From a bacterium (GTDB lineage: Bacteria; Patescibacteriota; Minisyncoccia; Phycocordibacterales; Phycocordibacteraceae): a stretch of 64,000 nucleotides of DNA. The DNA lies in assembly GCA_037200965.1 (NCBI GenBank), contig JBBCGK010000001.1, positions 896,001 through 960,000 on the forward strand, written 5' to 3'. The position numbers and the translations under genes were made by a program. Every line of letters starts with the position of its first letter. Position 1 is the stretch's first letter. Below, piece after piece: positions 8,337 to 17,190 of this stretch. The notes under the pieces were generated by a model, which searched no databases, was not told the origin of the DNA, and saw only the letters and a list, made by a program, of their open reading frames with translations.

Positions 8337-10778
8337 ATGACCACCGAAACCACAACCATTTCACAAAACAAAAAGAACATGAGCCCGCTCGTCACCGGGC
8401 TCTTGAGCGTGGTCGCGGTGCTCTCGATCGGCTTCAGTCTCGGCATCGTGACCGGGGTCGTGAACGTCCCTTTCACCGAAGCCTGCTGCGTTCTACCGCC
8501 TCCACCGATCGTCATCCCTCCACCGATCGTCATCCCTCCACCGATCATCCTTATCCCGAGCTGTTCGCTCGAAGTGGAACCGTCTTCCATACATCCCGGC
8601 GAAACCGCGACGCTTTCGTGGACTACCGTGAACGTAACGGGCGCGGAAATCGATCATGACATCGGCGAGGTCGATCTCGACGGCACGTACGACGTATCTC
8701 CCTCGGAGACGACCGAATACACCATGACGGGCATGGGTCCCGGAGGCGAGACGATATGTACCGCAACCGTCGAGGTCATACCGCCTCCTCCCCCCGCTCC
8801 TACTTGTACGCTCACCGCATCCCCGGCCTCCTTTACGGGCAGTGGCGTATCGACGCTCACATGGACCACCTCGAATGCTACCTCGTTCACCATTAACCAC
8901 GGCGTCGGTTCGGTAACTCCGGTTGCCAGCGGATCGAAAGTCGCTCCCGCCATAAGCGCGAATACTACGTATACCGGTACGGTAGAGGGGCCGGACGGGC
9001 AGCAGGATACCTGCACCGCAAGCGTCACCGTGACGCCCGTATCGCCTGGCACCCCGGCCTGTACGCTCACGGCCTCTCCGGCAAGTTTTACCGGCACGAG
9101 CGTGCAGCCAACCCTTACCTGGACCACCTCGAACGCAACCTCGTTCACTATTGACCATACGATCGGTTCCGTAACGCCGGTGGGAAGCGGCTCGGTCTTG
9201 GCTCCCGCCATTACGACCACCACTACCTACACCGGTATCGCTACAGGTCTCGGCGGCACTTCGCAGCCGTGTACGGCGACCGTCACGATAACCCTGCCGG
9301 GTGCGCCTGCATGTACGCTCACCGCATCCCCGGCCTCCTTTACGGGCAGTGGCGTATCGACGCTCACATGGACCACCTCGAATGCTACCTCGTTCACTAT
9401 TGATCATGCGATCGGCTCGCTTACTCCGGTCGCGGGCGGTTCCACGACGACGCCCAACCTTACGGCTACCATCACCTACACCGGTATCGCTACCGGTCCT
9501 GCAGGCACGTCGCTGCCCTGCACTGTAACTATTACCGTCACGCCATCCACGCCGGGGCTCGCGTGTACCCTCACCGCAGATCCGACCTCTCTCCCGGAGG
9601 GCGGCGGCACTTCGACCCTCACCTGGACTACGACCGGCGCTACGTCTTTCTCTATCGACAATACTATCGGTGCGGTATCTCCTCTGTCCGGCGGTTCCAC
9701 GACGACGCCGAAGATCACGGACGACACGACGTTCACCGGCACGGTAACCGGTCCTGCCGGAACCAATAGTTGTACCGCGCAAATCACGGTCGCCGCCAAA
9801 CCGAGCTGTACGAGCGGTTGCGGAGGGGGCGGAGGAGGAGGGGGCGGCGGCGGTCGCCGTGTCAGCCGTCCGCACGTGACGCTTGATGTCCTCAAGCAGC
9901 CGGATGTCGAACCGCTCGCCTTCGTCTATCTTTCGCAAATTCCCTATACCGGCCTCGATCTCGGGCCTGTCGGCACCGTCGCATACTGGGTCGCGCTCGT
10001 CGCATGGAGCCTCGCGGTCGCGTATCTTGCGCTCTTCATCCTCCTGCCGTATCTCAGGCGCCGCATGCAGCGGTTTGCGGAGGCCGTAACCGAGACGCTG
10101 AACGCCGAGCAGCTTGCACCCGAAACCGCCCCGGCATATCGTCCGGAGCCCGCCAAAGCCCCGGTCATGCGCGCGTCCGCAGCGCAGAACGCCGCTCGCG
10201 GGTACTCCACGTACGACGGATTCCGTTCGTTCGCGAAGTCCGGCAGCCTCTCGATCGACGATATCGTGAAGGGTCTTGCGCGCGAGTCCGCGCCCGACGA
10301 CGCGGTCGTACATTCCGAGCGCATCGTGGCCCGCGCCCAGAAGACGGAGCCGATCTATGAGAGCGTCGAGCCTATCTATGGAAATGTCGAACCGGTGCAT
10401 TCGAGCGCGGCACCCGCTCGCCAGGCACCGCAGGCAAACGCGGCCCCGGTGCATCCTGAGGTGCCGGGCTTCATCGAAGCCCTTCTTAAGGGCGAGCGGG
10501 AAGTGGTATTCGGCGCCGTCCGCGCTACGGTCCGCGCCGGGGGAGACGCCGAAGCGTTCCTCACCCAGGTCGTCTGCGCGCTTGATGACGCGTACCGCGC
10601 GCGTACGGAAGGCACGCCGGTGCATCCGGAGGTGGCGCGCATCACGAACGATTGCGCGACCTCCTTCCTCGAACGCCTCGTGACCTCGCTTTCGACTGCA
10701 GTCGACTCAAGCTACTCGCAGGGCATCACGGGCGCGAAGCTCGCGCTCACCAGGGCGCTTGCCGTTACGGGAGCGTAA
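8337..10778 (+). CDS. large surface protein: N-terminal TM, poly-Pro stalk, 5 tandem ~84-aa Thr-rich Ig-like repeats, poly-Gly, IPYTG-TM-RRR signal, ~240-aa C-terminal domain
   Basis: ORF 8295..10778; M15 at 8337 is the likely start (TM follows). The repeats each begin CTLTASPASFTG…TLTWTTSNATSFTI…. Confidence 0.7.
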   Translation: MTTETTTISQNKKNMSPLVTGLLSVVAVLSIGFSLGIVTGVVNVPFTEACCVLPPPPIVIPPPIVIPPPIILIPSCSLEVEPSSIHPGETATLSWTTVNVTGAEIDHDIGEVDLDGTYDVSPSETTEYTMTGMGPGGETICTATVEVIPPPPPAPTCTLTASPASFTGSGVSTLTWTTSNATSFTINHGVGSVTPVASGSKVAPAISANTTYTGTVEGPDGQQDTCTASVTVTPVSPGTPACTLTASPASFTGTSVQPTLTWTTSNATSFTIDHTIGSVTPVGSGSVLAPAITTTTTYTGIATGLGGTSQPCTATVTITLPGAPACTLTASPASFTGSGVSTLTWTTSNATSFTIDHAIGSLTPVAGGSTTTPNLTATITYTGIATGPAGTSLPCTVTITVTPSTPGLACTLTADPTSLPEGGGTSTLTWTTTGATSFSIDNTIGAVSPLSGGSTTTPKITDDTTFTGTVTGPAGTNSCTAQITVAAKPSCTSGCGGGGGGGGGGGRRVSRPHVTLDVLKQPDVEPLAFVYLSQIPYTGLDLGPVGTVAYWVALVAWSLAVAYLALFILLPYLRRRMQRFAEAVTETLNAEQLAPETAPAYRPEPAKAPVMRASAAQNAARGYSTYDGFRSFAKSGSLSIDDIVKGLARESAPDDAVVHSERIVARAQKTEPIYESVEPIYGNVEPVHSSAAPARQAPQANAAPVHPEVPGFIEALLKGEREVVFGAVRATVRAGGDAEAFLTQVVCALDDAYRARTEGTPVHPEVARITNDCATSFLERLVTSLSTAVDSSYSQGITGAKLALTRALAVTGA
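8493..8558 (+). repeat. 21-bp direct repeat (about 2.5 copies) encoding PPPIVIPPPIVIPPPIILIP
   Basis: cctccaccgatcgtcatccct repeated in tandem, seen directly in the sequence. Confidence 0.7.
8562..9800 (+). repeat. tandem array of ~252-bp coding repeats (5 copies; the first and last are divergent)
   Basis: Copies start at about 8562, 8805, 9060, 9312 and 9564. An 80-nt block is identical between 8811-8890 and 9317-9396. Confidence 0.8.
9822..9854 (+). repeat. GGN simple-sequence tract encoding Gly11
   Basis: ggagggggcggaggaggagggggcggcggcggt, potentially slippage-prone. Confidence 0.6.
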
Positions 10779-10792
10779 TCGGATTTAATAAA

Positions 10793-10833
10793 AAGAAGAA
10801 CACCGGCGGACGAAATCCGCCGGTGTTCTTCTT
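10793..10833. terminator. bidirectional rho-independent terminator between the surface-protein gene and thrS
   Basis: Perfect 18-bp stem aagaagaacaccggcgga / tccgccggtgttcttctt with loop cgaaa. U-tract on the minus strand (uuuauuaaa), weaker on the plus strand. Confidence 0.7.
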
Positions 10834-10841
10834 TTGCGCGT

Positions 10842-12584
10842 TTAAGAACGCGTTTTGATTTCCCTGAGCGCTTTCGCGGCAAAATCTGCCTGCTGCATCG
10901 CGTCGAGCTTGCCGTGGTCCCGGCTTTCAACAGAAACCGTACCAGATTCTTGTTCTTTGTCGCCGACGACAAGTACGTACGGAACCTTCTCGAGTTTTGC
11001 CGCGCGCACTTTCTTGCCGAGGGACTCGTTCGACGAATCTGCCTCCGCGCGGATATCGGCTGCCTTGAGCGTTGCCAGAACCTCTCTGGCATATCCGTCA
11101 TGCTTCTCCGAAACCGGAAGCACCTTCACCTGCACGGGCGAGAGCCAGAGCGGAAAAGCTCCGCCGAAATGCTCGATCAGGAAACCGAAGACACGCTCCA
11201 AGCTGCCGATCGTAGAACGATGGATCATGACCGGTCGTTTCTTTTGTCCGTCCGCGTCTATGTATTCGATATCGAATTTTTGGGGAAGCAGGAAATCCAT
11301 CTGGGCAGTAAAAAGAGTATCCTCTTTGCCGTTCACGTTTTTTGCCTGCACGTCGAGCTTCGGGCCGTAAAAAGCGGCCTCGTCTTCCGCCTCGACATAC
11401 GGAAGCCCGAGTTCATCGAGCGCTTCTTTCATAAGTCCCTCTGCAAGATTCCAGAGATCGTCGTCGGGATAATATTTTTCCTTGTTATCAGCATCCCGCT
11501 TCGAGAAGCGATATGAGACGACATCGATAAGACCAAGGCCTTTCATTCCCTCGACGATCATCGTGCATACGCTCTTGAATTCCTCCTTGAGCCCTTCCCG
11601 GGTTACGAAAATATGTCCGTCGGTAAGCTGGAACTTGCGGACACGGATCATGCCCATGAGCTCTCCCGATTTCTCATATCGGTTATAGTCGGCTATTTCC
11701 GCGTAACGCACGGGCAGATCCTTATAGCTCCACTGTTTTCTCTGGAACATCCGAATATGATGGGGGCACGCCATCGGGCGCAGGTAGAACTTGTCCCCGT
11801 CCATGTCGATAGGCGCATACATATTGTGCGCGTAATGGTCGAGGTGTCCTGAAATACGATACAGCTCCTCGCCTCCGAGATATGGCGTCGACACATGCTC
11901 ATAGCCATATTTGCGTTCGAGTTCCCGTGCGAAGTTCTCCATTTCGAATTTCACCGCAGTGCCCTTCGGCGTCCACAAAGGAAGGCCTTTGCCGACTTTT
12001 TCATCGATCAAAAAGAGGTCCAGCTCGCGGCCAAGCCTCTTATGATCGCGCTTCTCCGCCTCCTCTCTTCGCATACGATAGGCCTCCAAGTCCTCTTTAG
12101 TCTCAAACGCGAGCCCGTAGATGCGGGTCAGCTGCGCGTTCTTCTCGCTACCGCGCCAGTACGCGCCTGCAATACGGTCGAGGGCGAACGACTCGGGGGC
12201 GATCTCCTGTGCCGGGTTATCTGCCTGACCGCCACGGCAAAGATCCGAATACGCGCCGGAAGTATAAAATGAAACCTTCTGTCCGTCGGCGGTAAATTCG
12301 TCGATCAGTTCCTGTTTATAGGGATTCCCCGGGTACTGCGCCTTCGCTTCCTCGGCCGAAAGTTCCGAACGCGTGAATGAGGTCCAGGTCGGAAGCAGTC
12401 TGCGCATGACTTTCTCGATCTCGGGAAAATCCTTCTCCGATATCGGTTTCGAAAATTCGAAATCGAAATAGAAGCCGGTATCGATCGCAGGGCCGATAGT
12501 CCGCTTGGTGTCCGGCCACAGTTCCATGACCGCGGCGGCCAGGAGATGCGCAAGCGTATGCCGTTTTTCTTCAAGCGTTGCCAT
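10842..12584 (-). CDS. thrS: threonine--tRNA ligase (lacks the N-terminal TGS domain)
   Basis: Class II aaRS motifs and the ThrRS editing/second additional domain (MATLEEKRHTLAHLLAAAV…). Start taken at M8 of ORF 10842..12605. Confidence 0.93.
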   Translation of the reverse strand: MATLEEKRHTLAHLLAAAVMELWPDTKRTIGPAIDTGFYFDFEFSKPISEKDFPEIEKVMRRLLPTWTSFTRSELSAEEAKAQYPGNPYKQELIDEFTADGQKVSFYTSGAYSDLCRGGQADNPAQEIAPESFALDRIAGAYWRGSEKNAQLTRIYGLAFETKEDLEAYRMRREEAEKRDHKRLGRELDLFLIDEKVGKGLPLWTPKGTAVKFEMENFARELERKYGYEHVSTPYLGGEELYRISGHLDHYAHNMYAPIDMDGDKFYLRPMACPHHIRMFQRKQWSYKDLPVRYAEIADYNRYEKSGELMGMIRVRKFQLTDGHIFVTREGLKEEFKSVCTMIVEGMKGLGLIDVVSYRFSKRDADNKEKYYPDDDLWNLAEGLMKEALDELGLPYVEAEDEAAFYGPKLDVQAKNVNGKEDTLFTAQMDFLLPQKFDIEYIDADGQKKRPVMIHRSTIGSLERVFGFLIEHFGGAFPLWLSPVQVKVLPVSEKHDGYAREVLATLKAADIRAEADSSNESLGKKVRAAKLEKVPYVLVVGDKEQESGTVSVESRDHGKLDAMQQADFAAKALREIKTRS

Positions 12585-12605
12585 AGGATATAGAGAATAG
12601 CACAC

Positions 12606-15600
12606 CTAGAGCGCCTTCAGGTTCTCGATCGCGAGCGTGGTCTCGCCGTTTCTGAGGGACACCTTTGCTTTTATAAGAACGCATTTGCCGGGAACGATGA
12701 GCCCCTGGTGTTCCTTGAAAAGCTTCGGGAAGACGACCGATTCGATCGAGGCGGTCTTGTCGGCAAGCTTCACGAACGACATCTTGTCGCCGTTTTTCGT
12801 GAGCATCGTCTTTATCTCTTCGATAAGGGCCGGAAGGATGACCGGAAGGCCTTGCTGTGGGTTTTCCTTGAGCGATCCGATCGTGAACTTGGCCTGGCCG
12901 AGCTTCTCGTCGTGCGCGTCAAGCGGATGGCCCGAGACGTAGATACCGAGCAGTTCTTTTTCCCATTCGAGCTTTTGTGCGACCGAGACATCCTCGGCTG
13001 GCTTAAGGACGAGCGCGGCGGAGTTTGCAAGCGAAGCGCCGAAGAGCGAATCCTGCGGCGCTGCGGCAGTCGCATCGCGGTGAAAGAGCAGCAGGTGCTC
13101 TATATTCGCGAGAAGCTCTCCGCGGCTGCCGAATCGGTCGAGCGCGCCGCAGCGTATAAGCGACTCGAGAGACTTGCGGTTAAGGTTTCTCGAGCCGACG
13201 CGGGAGAGAAAGCCGGTGAGGTCCTTGAACGGTCCGTGCGCGTTCCGCTCGTCAAGAATCGCTCCGGCTATGCCGTCACCGAAATTTTTGATTGATGAGA
13301 GGCCGAAGCGGATGCTGTCTTTCGCGCCGCCCACGACCGTAAAGGTGGTGCCGCTTTCGTTTATGTCCGGCGGAAGGACGGGTATCTTCATGCGCTCGCA
13401 TTCGGCGGCGAGTATCGCGATCTGCTCGGTGTCGCCCGCGTCGGCGGTCAAAAGCGCCGCCATGTATTCGACGGGGTAGTTCGCTTTCATGTACGAGGTC
13501 TGGTACGCGACCTTGCCGTAGCTTGCCGCATGCGCCTTGCCGAAGCCGTAGGCGGCGAACGGCTCGATGAGCTTCCAGAGCTTTTCCGCCTTCGCTTCCG
13601 TGAGCTTGCCGAACTCCTGGAACCCCTTGGTGAGCTTCTCCTTCTCCTTCTCCATGATTTCCGGAATCTTCTTGCCCATCGCCTTGCGGAGCGCGTCGGC
13701 CGTAAGCCAGGAGTAGCCGCCGAGCTTTATCGCCGTCAGAAGCACGTCGTCCTGGTACACCAGGAGCCCGTACGACGCATCCAGGTATTCCTTCATGCGC
13801 TCGTCAAGGTACGTGATCATTTTCGGATTGCTCTTGCGCTCGATATAGGAGGGGATGGATTCCATCGGTCCCGGGCGGTAGAGCGCGACCATGGCGTTGA
13901 TGTCGTGGATGGTAGTCGGCTTGAGCTCCTTCAAATAGCGCGTCATACCCGAGCCGTTCAATTGGAACGTGCCTTCGGTCTCGCCGCGGGCGAGCATGGC
14001 GAAGGTCTTCGGGTCGTCAAGCGGCACCGCCTCGATGTCGATATAGATGCCTTTGCTTTCCCGCACGCGCTCGACGGAGTCCGCGAGGATGGCGAGGTTC
14101 TTGATGCCGAGGAAGTCGAACTTCAAAAGCCCCGCGTCCTCGATGGAATGCATGTCGTACTGCGTGATCAGCTTGCCGCCCTTGGGGTCGAACTGGAGCG
14201 CGGTCCATTCGGTAAGCGGAGTGGGTGCGATCACGACGCCCGCCGCGTGCACGCCGGTATGCCGCACGCAGCCTTCGATCCGGCGGGCGAGATCGAGTAT
14301 TTCGTGCGAGTCCTCGTCTTCCTCGTAGAGGCTCTTGAGGTCGGGCTCGAGCTCGAACGCCCGGTCGATCGTCATGGGGAATCCTTGCGAGCCGATCGGG
14401 ATGAGTTTCGCGATGCGGTCACCGGTGCCGTATGCATGTCCGAGCGCGCGCGCGACATCGCGGACCGCGGCGCGGGCCATCATGGTGCCGAAGGTGCCGA
14501 TCTGCGCGACGCGGTCGTCGCCATATTTTGATTTCGCATACGCGATCATCTCGTCGCGTCGATTGTCGGCGAAGTCCATGTCGATGTCCGGCGCGGACGG
14601 GCGCTCGGGATTGAGAAAGCGCTCGAAGGGGATTTTGTAGGCGAGCGCGTCCACGTTCGTGATCCCGGCAAGGTACGTCACCATCGATCCCGCGACCGAT
14701 CCGCGGATCGTCGTCAGGATGCTGTTCTTATGGGCGAAATCCAGGAGGTCGGATACGACGAGGAAGTACGGCGCGTATCCCTTGTCGCCGATGATCTTGA
14801 GCTCGTATTCGACGCGTTCAAGGAGCTCCGGCGTGGCCGTAAGCCCTCTTCTTGGTATTCCGGCGAACGTCTTCGCGCGCAGCTCCTCATCGTGCGTTTT
14901 GAACCCCTCGCCGACCGCAAGGTCGGGGAACACCCATTTGCCGAGCTCGAAAACGACATTGCAGCGGTCCGCGATTTCCTTCGACCGGTCGACCGCCTCG
15001 GGCATGTCCTTGAAGTACGCGAGCGCCTGCTTTTCGCTTATGAAAGAGAAGTCCTCGACTTCATTGCTCCGGTTGCCGCCCCCGCCGTGCTGGATCCTCC
15101 GCATCACCTCGCACGCTTCCCGGTCGTCGGGGGAGAGATAATACACGTCGTGCTGCGCGACGACCGGCACGCCGGAGGATTTCGAGAGTTCGACGATCCG
15201 CTTCATCTTTTCCTGGTGTCCGGCGGCCTTGGGGTGGTACGTGACTTCGAGGAAGACGTTGTCCTTGCCGAACATGCTCACGTATTCGGCAAGCGTCGCG
15301 GCCGCCGCCTCCGTCTGTCCCGCGCCAAGGAGCTTCGCGACGTCTCCGGCAAATGAGGGAATGATGGCGATAAGCCCGCCCGGGTGCTTTTTAAGAAGCT
15401 CCTTGTCCATGCGGGGCCGTTCGTTGAAGCCTTCGGTGAAGGACTTGGTGACGAGCTTGAGGAGATTCTTATAGCCGTCGTTATTTTCCGCGAGGAGCAC
15501 GAGCCGGGAGCGGTGTTCGTTTTGCCCCTTATCAAAGCGCGAACCGTGCGCAAGGTATGCGTCGACGCCGATAATGGGTTTCAGCTCCGCTTTTTTCGCC

Positions 15601-15761
15601 TCCTTATAGAATTCGATCGCGCCGTGGAGATTTCCCGAGTCGGTGAGCGCGAGCGCTTCCATGCCTTCCTTTTTCGCGGCACCCACAAGCTCGTCGATCT
15701 TCGGGAGTGCCTGGAGGAAGGAGTAGTGGCTGTGGGCGTGGAGATGGATAAAGCGACTCAT
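12606..15761 (-). CDS. dnaE: DNA polymerase III alpha subunit
   Basis: PHP domain at the N-terminus (MSRFIHLHAHSHYSFL…), then polymerase core, fingers and OB domains. About 1051 aa. Confidence 0.95.
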   Translation of the reverse strand: MSRFIHLHAHSHYSFLQALPKIDELVGAAKKEGMEALALTDSGNLHGAIEFYKEAKKAELKPIIGVDAYLAHGSRFDKGQNEHRSRLVLLAENNDGYKNLLKLVTKSFTEGFNERPRMDKELLKKHPGGLIAIIPSFAGDVAKLLGAGQTEAAAATLAEYVSMFGKDNVFLEVTYHPKAAGHQEKMKRIVELSKSSGVPVVAQHDVYYLSPDDREACEVMRRIQHGGGGNRSNEVEDFSFISEKQALAYFKDMPEAVDRSKEIADRCNVVFELGKWVFPDLAVGEGFKTHDEELRAKTFAGIPRRGLTATPELLERVEYELKIIGDKGYAPYFLVVSDLLDFAHKNSILTTIRGSVAGSMVTYLAGITNVDALAYKIPFERFLNPERPSAPDIDMDFADNRRDEMIAYAKSKYGDDRVAQIGTFGTMMARAAVRDVARALGHAYGTGDRIAKLIPIGSQGFPMTIDRAFELEPDLKSLYEEDEDSHEILDLARRIEGCVRHTGVHAAGVVIAPTPLTEWTALQFDPKGGKLITQYDMHSIEDAGLLKFDFLGIKNLAILADSVERVRESKGIYIDIEAVPLDDPKTFAMLARGETEGTFQLNGSGMTRYLKELKPTTIHDINAMVALYRPGPMESIPSYIERKSNPKMITYLDERMKEYLDASYGLLVYQDDVLLTAIKLGGYSWLTADALRKAMGKKIPEIMEKEKEKLTKGFQEFGKLTEAKAEKLWKLIEPFAAYGFGKAHAASYGKVAYQTSYMKANYPVEYMAALLTADAGDTEQIAILAAECERMKIPVLPPDINESGTTFTVVGGAKDSIRFGLSSIKNFGDGIAGAILDERNAHGPFKDLTGFLSRVGSRNLNRKSLESLIRCGALDRFGSRGELLANIEHLLLFHRDATAAAPQDSLFGASLANSAALVLKPAEDVSVAQKLEWEKELLGIYVSGHPLDAHDEKLGQAKFTIGSLKENPQQGLPVILPALIEEIKTMLTKNGDKMSFVKLADKTASIESVVFPKLFKEHQGLIVPGKCVLIKAKVSLRNGETTLAIENLKAL

Positions 15762-15795
15762 GACGTACAGCATACCAAGCTGCTATGCTTCGTGC

Positions 15796-16392
15796 ATGCA
15801 AACGATTCTCGGCGTCGACGAGGCGGGACGCGGCCCGCTCGCGGGCCCGGTGGCAGTCGGCGTGGTGGCGATAGCGGAAGGATTCGACCTTGTGGCGGCG
15901 TTCCCGGGATTGAACGATTCCAAAAAGCTAAGCGAGAAGAACCGCGAGCGGATTTTCGCATTGCTCGAGAAGACCGCGGAAGTGCGCTATGCGGTCGAGT
16001 TTGCGGATGCGCGCGTGATAGATGCGGAAGGCATAAGCAAGGCGATACGGGATGCCCTCTCGCGCGGAGTACGGGCTCTCGTTCCTGATCCGTCCGATGT
16101 CTCTGTCTTTCTCGACGGTTCTCTCAAAGCGCCAGCGGAATATGCGCAAGAAACCGTTATCGGAGGAGACGGAACGATACCCGCCATTATGCTCGCTTCG
16201 GTCGCAGCGAAGGTGGCGCGCGACCGGCTGATGCGCGAGCTTGCGAAGAAGTATCCGTCGTACGGTTTCGAGAAGCATAAGGGGTACGGGACGGCCGCCC
16301 ACTATGCGGCGCTTCGTACACACGGCCCCTGCGAAATCCACCGCCATACTTTTCTGCACCTTGATCGGGCGAGCGGTACCAGGTATGGTTAA
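15796..16392 (+). CDS. rnhB: ribonuclease HII
   Basis: MQTILGVDEAGRGPLAGPV… with the RNase HII DEDD motif. Start taken at M13 of ORF 15760..16392. Confidence 0.9.
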   Translation: MQTILGVDEAGRGPLAGPVAVGVVAIAEGFDLVAAFPGLNDSKKLSEKNRERIFALLEKTAEVRYAVEFADARVIDAEGISKAIRDALSRGVRALVPDPSDVSVFLDGSLKAPAEYAQETVIGGDGTIPAIMLASVAAKVARDRLMRELAKKYPSYGFEKHKGYGTAAHYAALRTHGPCEIHRHTFLHLDRASGTRYG

Positions 16393-16777
16393 CAATTGTC
16401 CGGGCATCTGCGTCCGGACTCGACAATTTGCACCTTCAGGGAGTTGAACCATGGGCGCACAGCCATGGAGTGGAGAGACGAGTGTTCAACAAGAAAACGG
16501 CTCATTGACGTTCCGTTTGGAGTTGGCGAGTTTTCATGTGTGCAGCGTCTGTACCTGCGCGCGCGAGTTATTCGCATCGGACGGAATCAATGAACCTGCC
16601 GTCGACTGCGCCAAAAGGAAACAGAGGGTTCCGCGAAGCATCGCGAATCTGTGTCCGGGGCCTCTCGAGGCCGTAGCGGTATAAGCCGCCTTCGCAAAGC
16701 GAACTGATGCCGCCGAAAGCCCCCAGGGGTTCTCGGCGGTGTTTGCTTTTTATACCGATTCTGGTAGCTTGAAGCGC

Positions 16778-17107
16778 ATGTCGATACGAATGCGCCACAC
16801 CAGTTCGCACACCAAAAACCGCCGGAGCCACCATGCGCTCAAGACCCTTACCGTCCTTAAGGACAAGGAGACGGGCGCGCTTCGCCTTCCGCACCGCGTC
16901 GACGAAGCGACGGGCATGTACCGCGGCAAGCAGATTTTCGCCGCGAAAGTGAAGGCGGTTAAGACGGACAAGACCGCAAAGAAAACCGACCATCCGAAGG
17001 ACCACGTGCACGACAGCGAGGCGGCGAAGCAGACCAAGACTTCGGTACTCGAAAAGTTTTCGGTTTCCCGACCGCGCTCGAGAAGCGGAATGGGCGGAGG
17101 AGCGTAA
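16778..17107 (+). CDS. rpmF: 50S ribosomal protein L32 with a long basic C-terminal extension
   Basis: MSIRMRHTSSHTKNRRSHHALK… matches the L32 N-terminus. Total length 109 aa. Confidence 0.8.
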   Translation: MSIRMRHTSSHTKNRRSHHALKTLTVLKDKETGALRLPHRVDEATGMYRGKQIFAAKVKAVKTDKTAKKTDHPKDHVHDSEAAKQTKTSVLEKFSVSRPRSRSGMGGGA

Positions 17108-17190
17108 GCTCCGCATTGTGCACAGGAGAAACCGCCGCGCCCTTGCGCGGCGGTTTGCGCTTGCTACGATACCTGTGTTGTTCATTCGAT

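Noticed and set aside
9822-9854. Poly-G/GGN tract as a sequencing artefact or CRISPR-like repeat
   Set aside because: It is in frame, encodes Gly11 inside a continuous ORF, and is flanked by unique sequence. Best treated as a genuine simple-sequence repeat.
16393-16777. Possible RNase P RNA, SRP RNA or tmRNA in the rnhB-rpmF gap
   Set aside because: GUCCGGGC occurs at about 16397-16404, but the flanking GGAAA, the CR-II/III block (GGUAAGAGCGCACC) and ACAGAAnCCGGCUUA are absent on both strands. There is no GGAAGCAGCC (SRP) and no tmRNA tag or T-arm.
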